A DNA stretch of 64,000 nucleotides from Neoechinorhynchus agilis. Taxonomy: Eukaryota > Animalia > Acanthocephala. Below the pieces are notes generated by a model that saw only the letters and a list, made by a program, of their open reading frames with translations, was not told the origin of the DNA and searched no databases. Below, in pieces: positions 51,301-60,457 of the stretch (its first letter is position 1; every line of letters begins with the position of its first letter). The stretch lies in the NCBI GenBank assembly GCA_051530055.1, contig CM121342.1, positions 6,678,864 through 6,742,863 on the forward strand, in the 5' to 3' direction. A program made the position numbers and the translations under genes.

Positions 51301-54122
51301 AAGATTGCACGGCTCGCATCATTGCTGGGAACAAGGTAACAATCTCTTACAAGTGCGTGTAGAAATCCTTGAACAAGTCGTCCTGTGACTAGATTAATAC
51401 TGTTGAGAACCGCATTTTCTGACATTTGTGAGAAAGCACATATCGCTCGATGTGTTGTCCGTGGGTTCAAAGCGCAACGATAAATCGCCTGTGATATAAA
51501 TTGAACCAGACTTTGATGATGTCCGATGGCACAAGGTGCTAGAAGACAAGTAAGATTAAGGAATTCTGCAATATCTTGCGCGTGGCGACCAGTTGAATAA
51601 TGAGTGAGTAGATCGCATATTCGACTTACCCGTTTTCCCATTTCATCAGTGAACCAATCTGGTTTTCCGGAAGGCCTAGCGAGATTCATTAATTCAACCC
51701 ATACGTACATGTAATCGAATTTCAGATTGAGAGAACACCGGAACAATAGCTCAAACAACGTATCGAAATAATCTTTCAGAATATCAGTGAGCACTTGGCG
51801 ATCGATATCAATGGCATTCAGACTTCTTAATATCTGAAGAACCACGCATACTTCAAATTCACCGAATTCTTTTAATTGCACAAGACGGCGTAAGAGTTCA
51901 GAAGCGAAAGTTAAGGTTAAATGAGGGGGACTTTCTACAAGGAGTTTGATCAAATGAAGGACTAAGTGGTCTATGGATGTCATCGGTCCATGTCTTCTAG
52001 CTATCCTGTCAATTAAGTTCCGAGAAATTAACCGAGTATAAGCTGGACTGAAGAGACGTAAAGAGTCTTTTAATGCACAGGATGGAATATCGTCCATGGT
52101 AGTTGTCGGCTTAACGTTTAATTGAGGTAAAATGTTTGGAGGCTGTTGAAGTGCATCCTTTTTATAAACATGAAGTTTGAACTGCTTGATTAGTGCGTCG
52201 TACTCATGACTGATTTGAACTGAGGAGTACGGTGCTAGATTAGAGAATACTTGTATTCCATCAAACATTGTTATCATAATGTTAGACAAGATGCCGAATT
52301 CATCAATGGTCATATCGTTCAAAGAAGACGCAAATTGAGCTGTCATTCCTGAAGAAAGTGATGAATTTATGAGGCATTCACAGGTTACATGAGTGATTTG
52401 ACATAGCTTCTCGAAAGCACGACAAGCTTCATTGAAATGTAGATCGAATTCGTGGTTTACATACGAGTGATAATTCGTACGTGTAGAGTCCAGAAGCCTT
52501 ATCAGTTCAAAAAGATCTTTCTTTTCCTCACTAAGCTGACACTGTTGGTTCTTCTTTGCACCATCACACAATCTCTTCATTGCAACATATACAATTTCCA
52601 AAAGACGCCCAAGAACAAATCTTTGCCTCCCGATAATCGATCCAGCATTTCGTTCACTTTCTGCAGCTGCTTGAAACGGGGAAACGGCTTGTTGCGCTGG
52701 AACCGCTGTGTGAGCGATGTGTACCTTCAGATGATCCGCAATACAATGTACTGTGTTTAATAGAAGAATATGAGCTTTCGACGGCATTGTCCAATCAAGA
52801 ACGTCCAGTGAAACCAAACGTAGAAATACGAGAATATCTCTTCGAACAAGAAATGCTTTGTTCGCTCTCACCAGCTCGAGTAGTGAGCAATTGACGGCTG
52901 TCCTACTGGCAGCGAGAGCACATGTCGTATGACCGATGTAAAGAAGTCCACTTTGGGTTTGATGCTGTGCTCCGGTAATAAGATCGCCCAATCGATCACC
53001 GACTGAAACGGACGATGCCATTTGCCAAAATGTTGTATGCCGAAGTGACCCACATATTTGTCGATGTAACAGAATTCCAGTTCTTATTTTAGGACACTCC
53101 TTAAGTAGCTGAGTTGTATTGTTATGAATGAAATGAAGAAGACTGAGATGATCGTTATTGCCTCTACTGTGCTCGATGCTTACTACAACAAGTTTCATTA
53201 AAATAGAAAGGAGCTGAGTTGCTCTGTATTTTACCCTGAGACATTCAACAGTTATGATCATTTGATCTGGTCTATAGACTTCTAATCGATCACTATCGTT
53301 GGAATCACCAGTGTCGCCGCCGATAGGTGTAACTTCGTTAAGAAGTGGAATCAGTGTCGTTAGTAATGATATGATATCATTTGTTTTTCCTCGAAGAAGG
53401 TGACCTGCAACTTCTGCGAATTTTCCAATCGTTATAAAAATCTGCTCCGTAAGTCGAAACGAACATTGAGCAGCCGGTATGAATTTAGTGTTTAAATTTG
53501 AACACGCAAGTGTAAGGCGTATCGGACATTCTCGTTCCAGCGTAGATAATGAAACCGATAGAGTTCGGTTAGGTTGAGCCGCAAGCGTTCTGCAAAACTT
53601 AATTTTCTCACTACAAGTGTCCACAAAAGACCTTAAAGTATTTATGAACAAATGAAGACATTCGTCCCAGAATCTAAACCCAGAAATATTCATATTGTTC
53701 CTTAAATGATGGAGATACGTCGAAACGTAGTCCGCGAGAACCTGGCATGCCATTACGCCGTTCACGTCGTTGTCCGATCTAATGAACGTAAGAAGTACTT
53801 CCAAGCAAGGACCAAGAAGTGTTCCGTTTCGGATTATATTCGATTCAGTCATCCATCGAATAACATTAAGCATTTCATGGCGGACGATATGTTCACGTTG
53901 ATCGGAAATATGAGAAACTGGAAAGTCTTGCAGGACTCGTTTGAGTGCATCAAAAAGATCATTGATTGATTGATTGGTTAGAAGGTAAGAGGGCGTTTCT
54001 CGCTGAGATGATTCGAGTGTATGCAGCATTCGGGTCATGTCAACGGAGGAAATATCCATTCGGTCATGAGAAGAGAACATGTCGATTACATATTCAGCCA
54101 ATACTTCAGACGGGAAATTCAT
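41441..54122 (-). CDS. TRRAP: TRRAP/Tra1 PIKK-family pseudokinase scaffold, full length (roughly 3900 aa), few introns
   Basis: Five long co-oriented ORFs. N-terminal HEAT region LLTFIRSDNDVNGVMAC; FAT motifs QLGQWHSV and WRLDASWRL; pseudokinase RQIVMRGSDGKV and RVPYRLTP; FATC-like end NLGAMKASWFAEL (cf. NLCRMDPAWHPWL). The start codon is tentative. Confidence 0.9.
42535..43542 (-). CDS. TRRAP: TRRAP exon (FRB-like/pseudokinase N-lobe)
   Basis: 335-aa ORF containing QGRVCRQIVMRGSDGKV. Confidence 0.85.
   Translation of the reverse strand: MEKANFIIAYNTLNQNESTLFSKLSKFMIEAKDHTTWTESRTFWTLMFQKLVCIFYRLNWNMPESRELPEDSQHLLNSLLFLAAKFPVLAFRYSREEEIDRKYERISSLLQDHLINAFSGQLCSHIRFEQSFKGLLRETNLDYALDRIADCCVWALEQCIDSNSFTVDQCVEKFETSIRNISIIVPGSDAHLMFNEFIQQIKRCEGTTSLATYLLDQLNTIKANTNRVDHSFQLTISSRSLLVSSGNLLLNGAIPMPGYNSNPLLQQSTHMCSLVRVSKVLPMTKIVLLEQGRVCRQIVMRGSDGKVCGLPFILLFVRFHRVIQIFLNFSHIFER
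43854..48818 (-). CDS. TRRAP: TRRAP ~5-kb exon (HEAT + FAT)
   Basis: 1654-aa stop-free ORF with FAT-domain motifs. Confidence 0.88.
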   Translation of the reverse strand: MTKIVYFPFHFKSIRFLYPSIVIPLLINDETINDLCYIDFALDLVRYSENVRNYFISDPAIILRIMTIAPRAPDGTVNKVPGYKIGIAVTYEIAQFENEHKDWFLASDVLLQNFRILWTAKVPDTLFWCIANCNSLDEPCPIQWTSLANLNSTIQLCWLVIRMFKSNPLDFDLLKSLCLVCYDECNYFACGDLLMDFFSTLLECPIEWVHQLFMNLVQPDLGENIVRWLRLISCTIRCALRPCLKSAFGRNLSDDGMNALINDESLISNFIANVLTVLSEKETECTEMPEYYNCRLQCLRLCALLVENMHPHISADHVQEIRQFAELGLNTELHDPADVFESRCVLIQVFIMNPSELLREAQQMYSDMMSENATQWATAELSLLDLLVLRIFSVESPNKEMISATIADCLLRGINSPIHKQNILQHILKHDRFYYTFRHKITVSLISGCVTISNGYQSKPEFALDIALTTLSMILDWEEKEPFMSEIASDSFTLSLYRLLLLFKSIKDIDCVEHARSVVNLLAKACKMKVADNVTMRANDVLYTSLLAVPDEPTRSQLATMSVVIGCVYNLWVHFDTLAFVNLDYPITRLLKQIPCSVLTQPRTKMFFSLAMRKLLSLPMNAVVQTRLFRFLMEEMVVKSLALPESLMESDPDRIVRTMECFDLVCSHAYNCGELQLVLAYVPPDDVYPSVAPNDLNSTPSTTNRSLNLVDLCIQVMALMTREIFQTTTTPQARGVLTHCLTVGIVSVRPYAACLPPDRRKSLLCSVILPVIDKSTDHNLLLVIADTFKMWTCMNELEYGEYQLLIREKMAILSRFIKAIDRGRSSHPSILTTILAGIDGLIAACPPRENEHAKRMEDAVLSALKEPIIFSQAFAHLNAKVGLNVYDRLVFIFSMVHWVGVGTNTYWIGIAMKLLLSCVVPDSNFEIMSTSEKNKETTDEEESTSFGTNDNDDEDFIRFSIAVEYLDGADVIDAIGTMAATCDHPLSRDLAHNLWVFTYQQFIRKLTDDQRLEIDKLLTPFILNEDHTCHMYDGPTTIMQTILEALMPLYFEDKTCVDAFAIQMAAKSYSTWYESLLLLEHRLSSIDSTILDLPDTLVNTQIIEPEISTDLRILHSYYQKIFVLNGMMNVTDLLGEKLYMSAICFNRSTTHVLRDAILMDAIGEYTSAVSLYSSMLAEMFALQSSPPPRISDEDGLALFECKYTNRKLIECLAQLGQWHSVNTLASDQTDWRLDASWRLPVKDFNIVSSKMAYYEHMEPKRNGYLFAFYNALCAFFNSDFDSSTVVKHVTDGINLLTTDFLCLPRDVITIEHYRVLNRIQRFVEIRESIDLSKALKLESSAGVRGVTSVASSISAISPQSTFLNAFNRTICNWRRREISVGDEYIEHDSIQAWRVHFLNHVAAQSQARRHANLSKSLRILADLRAIDLEGTLRKQSSFIHALNNLSAYKDRPETHSFQLISDCSNQIAECICDLSPYLNSPTDLLPGLEELEHEPGSGVYPRPIQLFNNSWVNNLPPEKVTDLMAEHEAIKQECGAVRSTDECLAGITADKVQVMIKDGQYSYDEVHSHYIRTLKVEARNVRVQFDYVSFLVDDVIRNSDQRIPDHEVLESRWNLRKWDNISQIRFLVLCNFPVQIYTNHWTNRSKSKDLIFTK
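48996..50261 (-). CDS. TRRAP: TRRAP exon (HEAT repeats)
   Basis: 421-aa helical ORF lying between TRRAP exons; GGLTCLKMF resembles the conserved Tra1 HEAT segment. Confidence 0.8.
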   Translation of the reverse strand: MSCKSRLVAVDNFSISFGQNNAILIDSLSELILSVINSDGSCSSRLGGLTCLKMFIVQLSARSPEFSLRQSAILGFINACTLVPATMFDEIDNGVCDLAFDVLKISIEEFSKPNKKIPSFTLTTCTQLITLLCNHRKRFRERAFELLSELIALNNEDVFVRMEDGSLEYTAELVKVSENLANVLQTQIPADTFCNHLEALFLLDNLNPSLFRIERSRRSLFFDQMFLVHDRGIPLSSWAAIRCRIFPHQKHEALKLRIMDFLFQFKLSEYVDSLINELISATESVRRHACDLLLKLKHREFKLNTSKIDAICTRISPDPSLPPPVFSLISLSNESKIELLTVNRLECFNYINELFNVSSPENPTANKEHAAQMAKYYIDVMYYIGDCKRVVVDLIQSLGSKMIGFRLFEDLKVSFLRLISL

Positions 54123-54257
54123 CTTAGAGTACCTTAGGCCAATTTCAATCTTAAAAAATACATTACAAATGAATGATGCCGTTGGTTGGTCAAATGGGAA
54201 CAAAAGACAATTACGATCGAAAATATCAGTGGTTATTGCAACTACAAACAACCACAC
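50601..54257 (-). CDS. TRRAP: TRRAP N-terminal ~3.5-kb exon
   Basis: 1218-aa ORF with Tra1 N-terminal HEAT similarity; probable start MNFPSE at 54122. Confidence 0.85.
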   Translation of the reverse strand: MWLFVVAITTDIFDRNCLLFPFDQPTASFICNVFFKIEIGLRYSKMNFPSEVLAEYVIDMFSSHDRMDISSVDMTRMLHTLESSQRETPSYLLTNQSINDLFDALKRVLQDFPVSHISDQREHIVRHEMLNVIRWMTESNIIRNGTLLGPCLEVLLTFIRSDNDVNGVMACQVLADYVSTYLHHLRNNMNISGFRFWDECLHLFINTLRSFVDTCSEKIKFCRTLAAQPNRTLSVSLSTLERECPIRLTLACSNLNTKFIPAAQCSFRLTEQIFITIGKFAEVAGHLLRGKTNDIISLLTTLIPLLNEVTPIGGDTGDSNDSDRLEVYRPDQMIITVECLRVKYRATQLLSILMKLVVVSIEHSRGNNDHLSLLHFIHNNTTQLLKECPKIRTGILLHRQICGSLRHTTFWQMASSVSVGDRLGDLITGAQHQTQSGLLYIGHTTCALAASRTAVNCSLLELVRANKAFLVRRDILVFLRLVSLDVLDWTMPSKAHILLLNTVHCIADHLKVHIAHTAVPAQQAVSPFQAAAESERNAGSIIGRQRFVLGRLLEIVYVAMKRLCDGAKKNQQCQLSEEKKDLFELIRLLDSTRTNYHSYVNHEFDLHFNEACRAFEKLCQITHVTCECLINSSLSSGMTAQFASSLNDMTIDEFGILSNIMITMFDGIQVFSNLAPYSSVQISHEYDALIKQFKLHVYKKDALQQPPNILPQLNVKPTTTMDDIPSCALKDSLRLFSPAYTRLISRNLIDRIARRHGPMTSIDHLVLHLIKLLVESPPHLTLTFASELLRRLVQLKEFGEFEVCVVLQILRSLNAIDIDRQVLTDILKDYFDTLFELLFRCSLNLKFDYMYVWVELMNLARPSGKPDWFTDEMGKRVSRICDLLTHYSTGRHAQDIAEFLNLTCLLAPCAIGHHQSLVQFISQAIYRCALNPRTTHRAICAFSQMSENAVLNSINLVTGRLVQGFLHALVRDCYLVPSNDASRAILISLAKLGSGIRRSHRLQGFATNTLNMDSIEPRRQRLYDNGIVLEFNVLIDNERAGKIFLPAQLLVAESIKLMSQDLCFDDNDATTEYLCEYAYRILRSCTLNQFSAFADIGLSDLRSMKYDAGPIYHEFVAYLIFGLMVSKQCPKINRRLALDVEWLLRCVLKIVVFSSLRLQKGLGYFPVLMDALKRGLCSLNRNTNSSAVETFAITLDLVLEQRIVTSFDGFFHRCTFGH

Positions 54258-54689
54258 AAATACAACAATTTTCCATCTAAATAATTTCCTAAAAGAGTTT
54301 TAACGTTGGAAATTTATTCAAAATTCGATGTTATGTTTGAACAGTAATCGAATTCGCAGTTCGATTCTCAATGATAACTCAAGAATCATGGAAATAAACT
54401 CTCGATTGTAAGCATGATTTTTGGATGGCAGATTAAGACAAGACCCAAAGATTTCGCACTTTGAAAAATAAAGCAGTCAACTCCTAATGACGTCCTGCGA
54501 ATTAACGAATAAATAAACACGAATCTTTAAAAATTTGAAGAGCCTAATAACTAAGAAAGCGAATAGCTAAAAAAACGTCATTGCGGATTATTGAAATTTT
54601 AGCATCCCGACAACCCCTTTTTGCCTTGATGCGTTCATTATCACCAAAAATCAGGCGATTGGTTAGTAAACTCAGCCTAATTTCTGTTA

Positions 54690-57600
54690 TCGTTCGACCT
54701 CAATCCGACGTGAAGAAACGCAAAAAAAAGCTCAATGATGTCAACAAAAATTGTTATATATTTCTGCCCTTTCATCTTCTTTGTTTGCGTTTTGGCTTTT
54801 CGTTTATGGTCGTCATTGCTTTCGATATGGTGCGATTGTTGCTCTTTTACCCCTTTTTCTTTGGTGCATCTTCAATTGTAAACCAATGGCCCTTGATTAG
54901 GAAAAAACCATCTTTCTTTTATAGCACCACTTGAATCCGACGCTAAAAGTTTATTATTGCGAACTGAACTTATTTAAATAATAATTCGCATTTTGAAATA
55001 TTGAGATTGATGACGAAATCATCTTAATTATGGAAGAAACGCATAAAAACTCAGTGATGTCAACAAGAATTGTTCAATATTTTTGTCTGCTTCATCCTCA
55101 TTGTTTGCATTTTGACTTTTCGTTTATGGTCGTTATTGTTTTTATGCCGCTATTGTTGTTGCTCTTTTACCCGTTTTTTATGCTCTCTTTAATTGTAAAC
55201 CACCGGCTATTGATTGGTAAACAAAGCCATCTTTGTGCTATCCCTGCACCTGAATCCGACGTTAATGTTAATTATTGCAAACTGAACTTATTTGAAGCAT
55301 AATTCGCATTTTGAAATATTGAGATTGATGACGAAATCATCTAAAGTATGGAAGAAACGCATAAAAACTCAGTGATGTCAACAAGAATTGTTCAATATTT
55401 TTGTCTGCTTCATCCTCATTGTTTGCATTTTGACTTTTCGTTTATGGTCGTTATTGTTTTCGGTATGCTGCGATTGTTGTTTTTGTACCCGTTTTTTATG
55501 CTCTCTTTAATTGTAAACCACCGGCTATTGATTGGTAAACAAAGCCATCTTTGGGTTATCACTCCACCGGAATCCGACGTTAATGTTTATTAATGCAAAC
55601 TGAACTTGTTTGAATCATAATTCGCATTTTGAAATATTGAGATTGATGACGCAATCATCTTAATTATGGAAGAAACGCATAAAAAGCTCAGTGATGTCAA
55701 CAAGAATTGTTCAAGGTTTTTTGTCCGCTTCATCCTCTTTGTTTCCGTTTTGACTTTTTGCTCACAAAAAAAGAAGGTGGGATCCGTCCCATCGCCGTAT
55801 CTTCGACGATAAGCCGACTCGCAGGAAAAATTCTCTGCAAACGTATTACAGAGAAAACCGGACAGCAACTTCGTCCAGTCCAACTGGGCTGCTGCACATC
55901 CTGCGGGGCGGAAGCTATTGTCCACTCGCTCCGAAACTTTGCTACGAGAAGCTCAGAGCCGTGCGTGATTCTTAAGTGCGATTTTCGGAACGCCTTTAAC
56001 TCTCTCAATAGAGAAAGCATGTTCTGCGCAATTAGGGATCACGCACCAGAAGCCTTCCAGTATTTTCTCAATGCCTACGGGACGGCGACTCCTTTGCTTT
56101 TCGAAGACCACCTCATTTGGTCCGAAATCCAATAGCGCATTCTCTCCATTCCAGCTTCAACGCTTGGTACTTGGATGACGCTACGCTCGGAGGTGATCCC
56201 TCCGTTGTACTGCGCGATTTGGAGACGCTGATTAGGGAGACCTCGAAGATGGGCATTGAGCTTAATGCTGGAAAATGTGAGCTCCTTGTACTGAATATTG
56301 GAGACGCCGCCAAAGTCAAAGAACTAATGGCTGGGTTCGAGGCCGTAGCTCCAGGCCTGAAACTCGTGACTCTGGAACAACTCAGCCTCCTGGGCAGTTG
56401 CGTCTTCGATTCAAATGTGGAAGACGAGATCGGCCATATCATACCGAAACTTTCGTTGCTGTGCGATAGGGTGTGCGCTCTCTCGGCTCATGAAGCCTTG
56501 TTTCTCATAAAGAACGCGCTCTTCATCCCCAAATTATTGTACAAGGTTCGCACAGCAACATTTTTCAAACACAAAGAAGGATTGGCAAAGCTGGACGATA
56601 AGGTGAGGGCTTGCCTCGAGCGTATTTTAAATGTCCAGCTCTCAGATGAGGCGTGGCGACAAGCTTCTTTGCCTGTGTCATCTGGGGGATTGGGAATTCG
56701 GGCACTAGTCGACCTTGCTTTGCCGGCCTTTCTTGGATCGTTTGAGGGGAGCCTACCAGTCTCGAAGAACATTTTGAAGGAAAAGTTCTGTCTTGACCGG
56801 GATTTCGTGGTGGCGGTTGAGGAATGGTGCCAGCAGACAGGCGCTAACCATGTTCCCGTGAATGGCCTCAGACAGTCGATCTGGGACGGACCTCTTGTCG
56901 CGAGAGCTCACAGCTCTCTACTTTCCGGTTCTCGCGATGGGGTCGTCCGAGCTAGACTGTTGGCAGTTTCAACACGAGAATCTGGGGCGTGGTTGGAGGC
57001 TGTTCCTCTGGCATCTGTGGGAACTCTTCTTACTGACGAGGTAACGAGGATCGCAGTATCCTTAAGACTCGGTCTCCCGATATGCACGCCCCATCGCTGT
57101 CGATGTGGGTCTTTGGTTGATGCTTTCGGGCGACACGGTCTCGTCTGCAGAAGGTCAGCAGGAAGGTTCTCACGCCATTCTGAAATCAATAACGCAATTT
57201 CTCGGGCGTTGAGAACGGCGAACTTCCCGAACATCCTGGAACCCGCCCACCTCTGTAGACTAGACGGCCGTAGGCCCGATGGAATTTCGGTCTTCCCGTG
57301 GCGGGAGGGCAAATGCCTTCTCTGGGACGCCACGTGTGTGGATACCCTCGCAGCCAGCAACATCCCCTACTCCCTCGAAATCGCCGGTGGTGCCGCCAGT
57401 GCAGCGGAAGGGAAGAAAATACGGAAATATCTTCACTTATCGAGGGCTCACTATTTTGTCCCCTTTGGGGTAGAGACGTATGGAGCGCTTGGCAGCTCGG
57501 CACTCACTCTGCTCTAGGATCTCTCGAAGAAATTGAGAGAGGCAACCGGAGACTCAAGAGCAGGCGTATTCCTTCGAAAAAAATATCTCGCTAGCAGTAC

Positions 57601-58420
57601 AACGGGGCAATGCTGCCAGCGTGATGGCGACGGTCGAGGAAGGACAAAAGCTGGAATTCGGCGGGAGGTGGTGAGTGTGTTAATTGTCGAGAAATGAAGA
57701 TTGATTGAATACATCCTATAATTGTGGTCGTCATTGTTTTCGATATTGTGCGATTGTTGATCTTTTACCCCTTTTTCTTTGGTGCATCTTTATTTGTAAA
57801 CCAATGGCTATTGAATAGTAAAAAACCATCTTTCTTTTATAGCGCGACCTGAATCCGACGCTAATGTTAATTATTGCAAACTGAACTTATTTAAATAATA
57901 ATTCGCATTTTGAAATATTGAGATTGATGACGAAATCATCTTAATTATGGAAGAAACGCATAAAAACTCAGTGATGTCAACAAGAATTGTTCAATATTTT
58001 TGTCCGCTTGTTCTTCTTTGTTTGCGTTTTGACTTTTCGTTCATGGTCGTTATTGTTTTCGGCGTATTGCGATTGTTGCTCTTTTACCCGTTTTTTATGC
58101 TTTCTTTAATTGTAAACGAATGGCTATTGATTAGTAAACAAAGCCATCTTTGTGCTATCGCTGCACCGGAATCCGACGTTAATGTTAATTATTGCAAACT
58201 GAACTTATTTAAATGATAATTCGCATTTTGAAATATTGAGATTGATGACGAAATCATCTTTATTATGGAAGAAACACATAAAAAGCTCAGTGATGTCAAC
58301 AAGAATTGTTCAAAATTTTTGTCTGCTTCATCCTCATTGTTTTCGTTTTGACTTTTCGTTTTTGGTCGTTATTGTTTTCGGTATGCTGCGATTGTTGCTC
58401 TTTTAGCGTAGAATTCAACT
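54690..58420. repeat. Tandem array of ~318-bp units interrupted by a CRE insertion
   Basis: gaagaaac(g/a)ca at ~54712, 55032, 55350, 55669, 57949 and 58267. The interrupted unit sums to ~317 nt across the insertion. Confidence 0.92.
55760..57714 (+). mobile_element. 5'-truncated CRE-clade non-LTR retrotransposon, family B (RT + CCHC + REL endonuclease), inactive
   Basis: Motifs KKEGGIRPIA, QLGCCTSCGAEA, CDFRNAFN, AWYLDD, GGLGIR, CRC..FGRHGLVC, RHSEIN, RRPDG..PW..GK.LLWDAT, KIRKY, FGVETYG. The QQGDPLGP segment is deleted at ~56125, and there is a nonsense TAG at 57515. Confidence 0.94.
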
Positions 58421-59093
58421 TGTTTCGAGACAATTTTCCTTTTTTCCTTTGCCTCGTTATTTTCATGTTGTTATTCTTAAATTTTTGAGACATTGGCTGG
58501 GGCCTCACATCTGAGAGCGTATTGGTCATGATACGATCTTTTGAGCGCGCTTATCCTTTTTATTTCATTGACCGAATTGGATTTTACTGATGCTTTTTTC
58601 GTGGAATTATACGATTTATCTGAAAGAAGTGTTTTCGATTTATTGATCGGCATTTGTACCTTTTGATCGAAACTCGTTGTTTTTTTATACAGACAAAAAT
58701 TTAAGAATTTGTTTTTTAAATTTCTTTAATTCCTTGGTTTCGAAAAGTCGAAAATGTAGTTTTAAGAATAAATATTTTTCAGTCATTATTCAAAAAGGCG
58801 GAACTTTTTTGACTGCACCCTAAATAAATTTTTGATATTCGTTTAGGATGATAATGTATACGTATTTGAATCTGTGTTTATCGACGCAAGGAATTTTCCG
58901 ATTTCGTAGAGGAAATATTTCATTGTAGTACTTTGTTGCTGTCTAATATTGTGCTTTTTAGCAAATAATATTTTTCGACAATTCAAATTTGAAATGACCG
59001 TGAAAGTTACTGCAGATTTGAAATAAATTGTCGGTCATTGATATGCGACGTATCGGGGTATATGATTAGAAGTATTATTTAGAAGTCTTCACC

Positions 59094-59169
59094 CGGTAAA
59101 TAATTTTTTATTAAAGACGGTTCGAACCTCGTCAGGTTCATCATTAGCTTATTAGTTATCATCTTAAGC
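59094..59169 (+). repeat. Diverged partial copy of the ~185-bp interspersed repeat
   Basis: cggtaaataattttttattaaagacggttcgaacctcgtcaggttcatcattag aligns with 25096. Confidence 0.75.
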
Positions 59170-59312
59170 GCCTTTTAATAATCAACAAACTGATGTTGGG
59201 CTCGACGGGGTTAAAAATGTTTTTAGTGATTTACTAATTGTTCTATTTTTCGCCTCAGCAATCGCTTCATTTTCAATTCTTTGGAACGAAAAATTTAGAA
59301 CCTATTTATTAC

Positions 59313-59426
59313 ATAATTTTCGGCTTTCGCTTAGGTCTTCTTCAGTTTATTGTTTGCAAGTGGATTACGTCGTAAACACTTGCAAACAATAGACTGAAGA
59401 AGGCCTATGCGAAGGCTGAAAATTAT
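59313..59426 (+). other. Long hairpin, 50-bp arms; candidate structured ncRNA or foldback remnant
   Basis: Arms are 59313-59362 and 59377-59426 with five mismatches. On the + strand four are G-U pairs and one is U-U. Confidence 0.5.
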
Positions 59427-59684
59427 CAAATAGATCAATTGTTATAATTCGCCATAAAAAGTATTCTGTAAATCATTTATTAATAAATTACCCGAATTTA
59501 ATTCTCGGTGAAAACTGTAAACTGTGGTCGTCTCGACTAAAGTACAATCTAATATGCATTTTACCGTACACGATAATAATTTTTATAAATGCGATTTTTA
59601 GCTTCATGCATTTACTTTTAATAAATGCATTTGTTGGTAAATCATCGCAATTGAAACATATTTTTGAAGACTGAACTGTTCATG

Positions 59685-59890
59685 TTTTTATATGGCGGAA
59701 AAATTAAAATAAATTGATTCCGATATTTCACCACAATCTTGTGCCTTTATCGAGATTTCTTGTAAGTTTTTTAATGTGATATTTAAAAAACTGATATTTA
59801 AAAACTTACAAGAAATCTTGATAAAGGCACAATATTGTGCCGAAATATCGAAGTCGATAAATTCCTTTAATTTTTCCGCCGTATAAAAAA
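59685..59890. mobile_element. Foldback/MITE-like element, ~95-bp inverted arms
   Basis: tatatggcggaaaaattaaaa...tcttgtaagttttt and aaaaacttacaagaaatcttg...tttaatttttccgccgtata. Related copies at 5441 and 19274. Confidence 0.85.
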
Positions 59891-60457
59891 ATTGTCAATA
59901 TTACTTTATTTTCCCATATCTTGAATTTAACCTACTTTGTACGCTGGGGATACACGCAGGCAATGGTCGTTTTTAATTTCTCAAATAATTCATTCCCACA
60001 AAAAATGAAAAGCACAAAAAACTAACGAATGTCATTATTTGGCGTTGTTTTTCTCTTTATCGTAAATAAAGAAGCTTTTTGTATTTCAGAAGCCACCTCA
60101 ATCTTCTGAACCAATTTAAATCTTTCTGAAGATATAATCAGAATTGATTTTAATATTTATCGGAATTATTATCTGTGTTTTATCTAATTGAATTTCACCT
60201 TTTCCTACATAACACTGTTATCATTTTTGTTGTATTTTTTATCAAATTTCGGCATATCATTTCTCAAGTTGTAAAGATTAAAGATCGCGAAATATCGATT
60301 ACAAATTCTTTTAAAAATTGCTTAATGCGTTACTTATCACAACGTCCGTTCGATAAAATTAGACTTCTCCTCCCAATGTTGCTCCATGTGATTTGTCGAC
60401 GACGACTAATAGAGATTTTCGGTTAACAAATCTATTCGGCTTGAAAATTTCTTCTAG

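Noticed and set aside
44067-54303. Short + strand ORFs overlapping TRRAP
   Set aside because: They are antisense shadows of long coding exons, with no motifs.
55030-58216. Tandem 81-90-aa membrane proteins (MEETHKNS...) in the 318-bp units
   Set aside because: T-rich DNA gives hydrophobic, stop-poor frames. Two of five units have a 1-nt insertion just after the start and one is frameshifted near the end.
58205-58262. Minus-strand INLNISKCELLF in the 318-bp unit resembling CRE RT (LNAGKCELL)
   Set aside because: No flanking RT motifs such as YLDD are present and stops are adjacent; probably chance.
59110-59135. tRNA gene at ggttcgaacc
   Set aside because: There is no cloverleaf or A box, and it is part of the dispersed repeat.
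60175-60426. 83-aa ORF conserved at 2594-2845
   Set aside because: The conservation is explained by the recent segmental duplication. It has a non-ATG start and low-complexity AT-rich translation.
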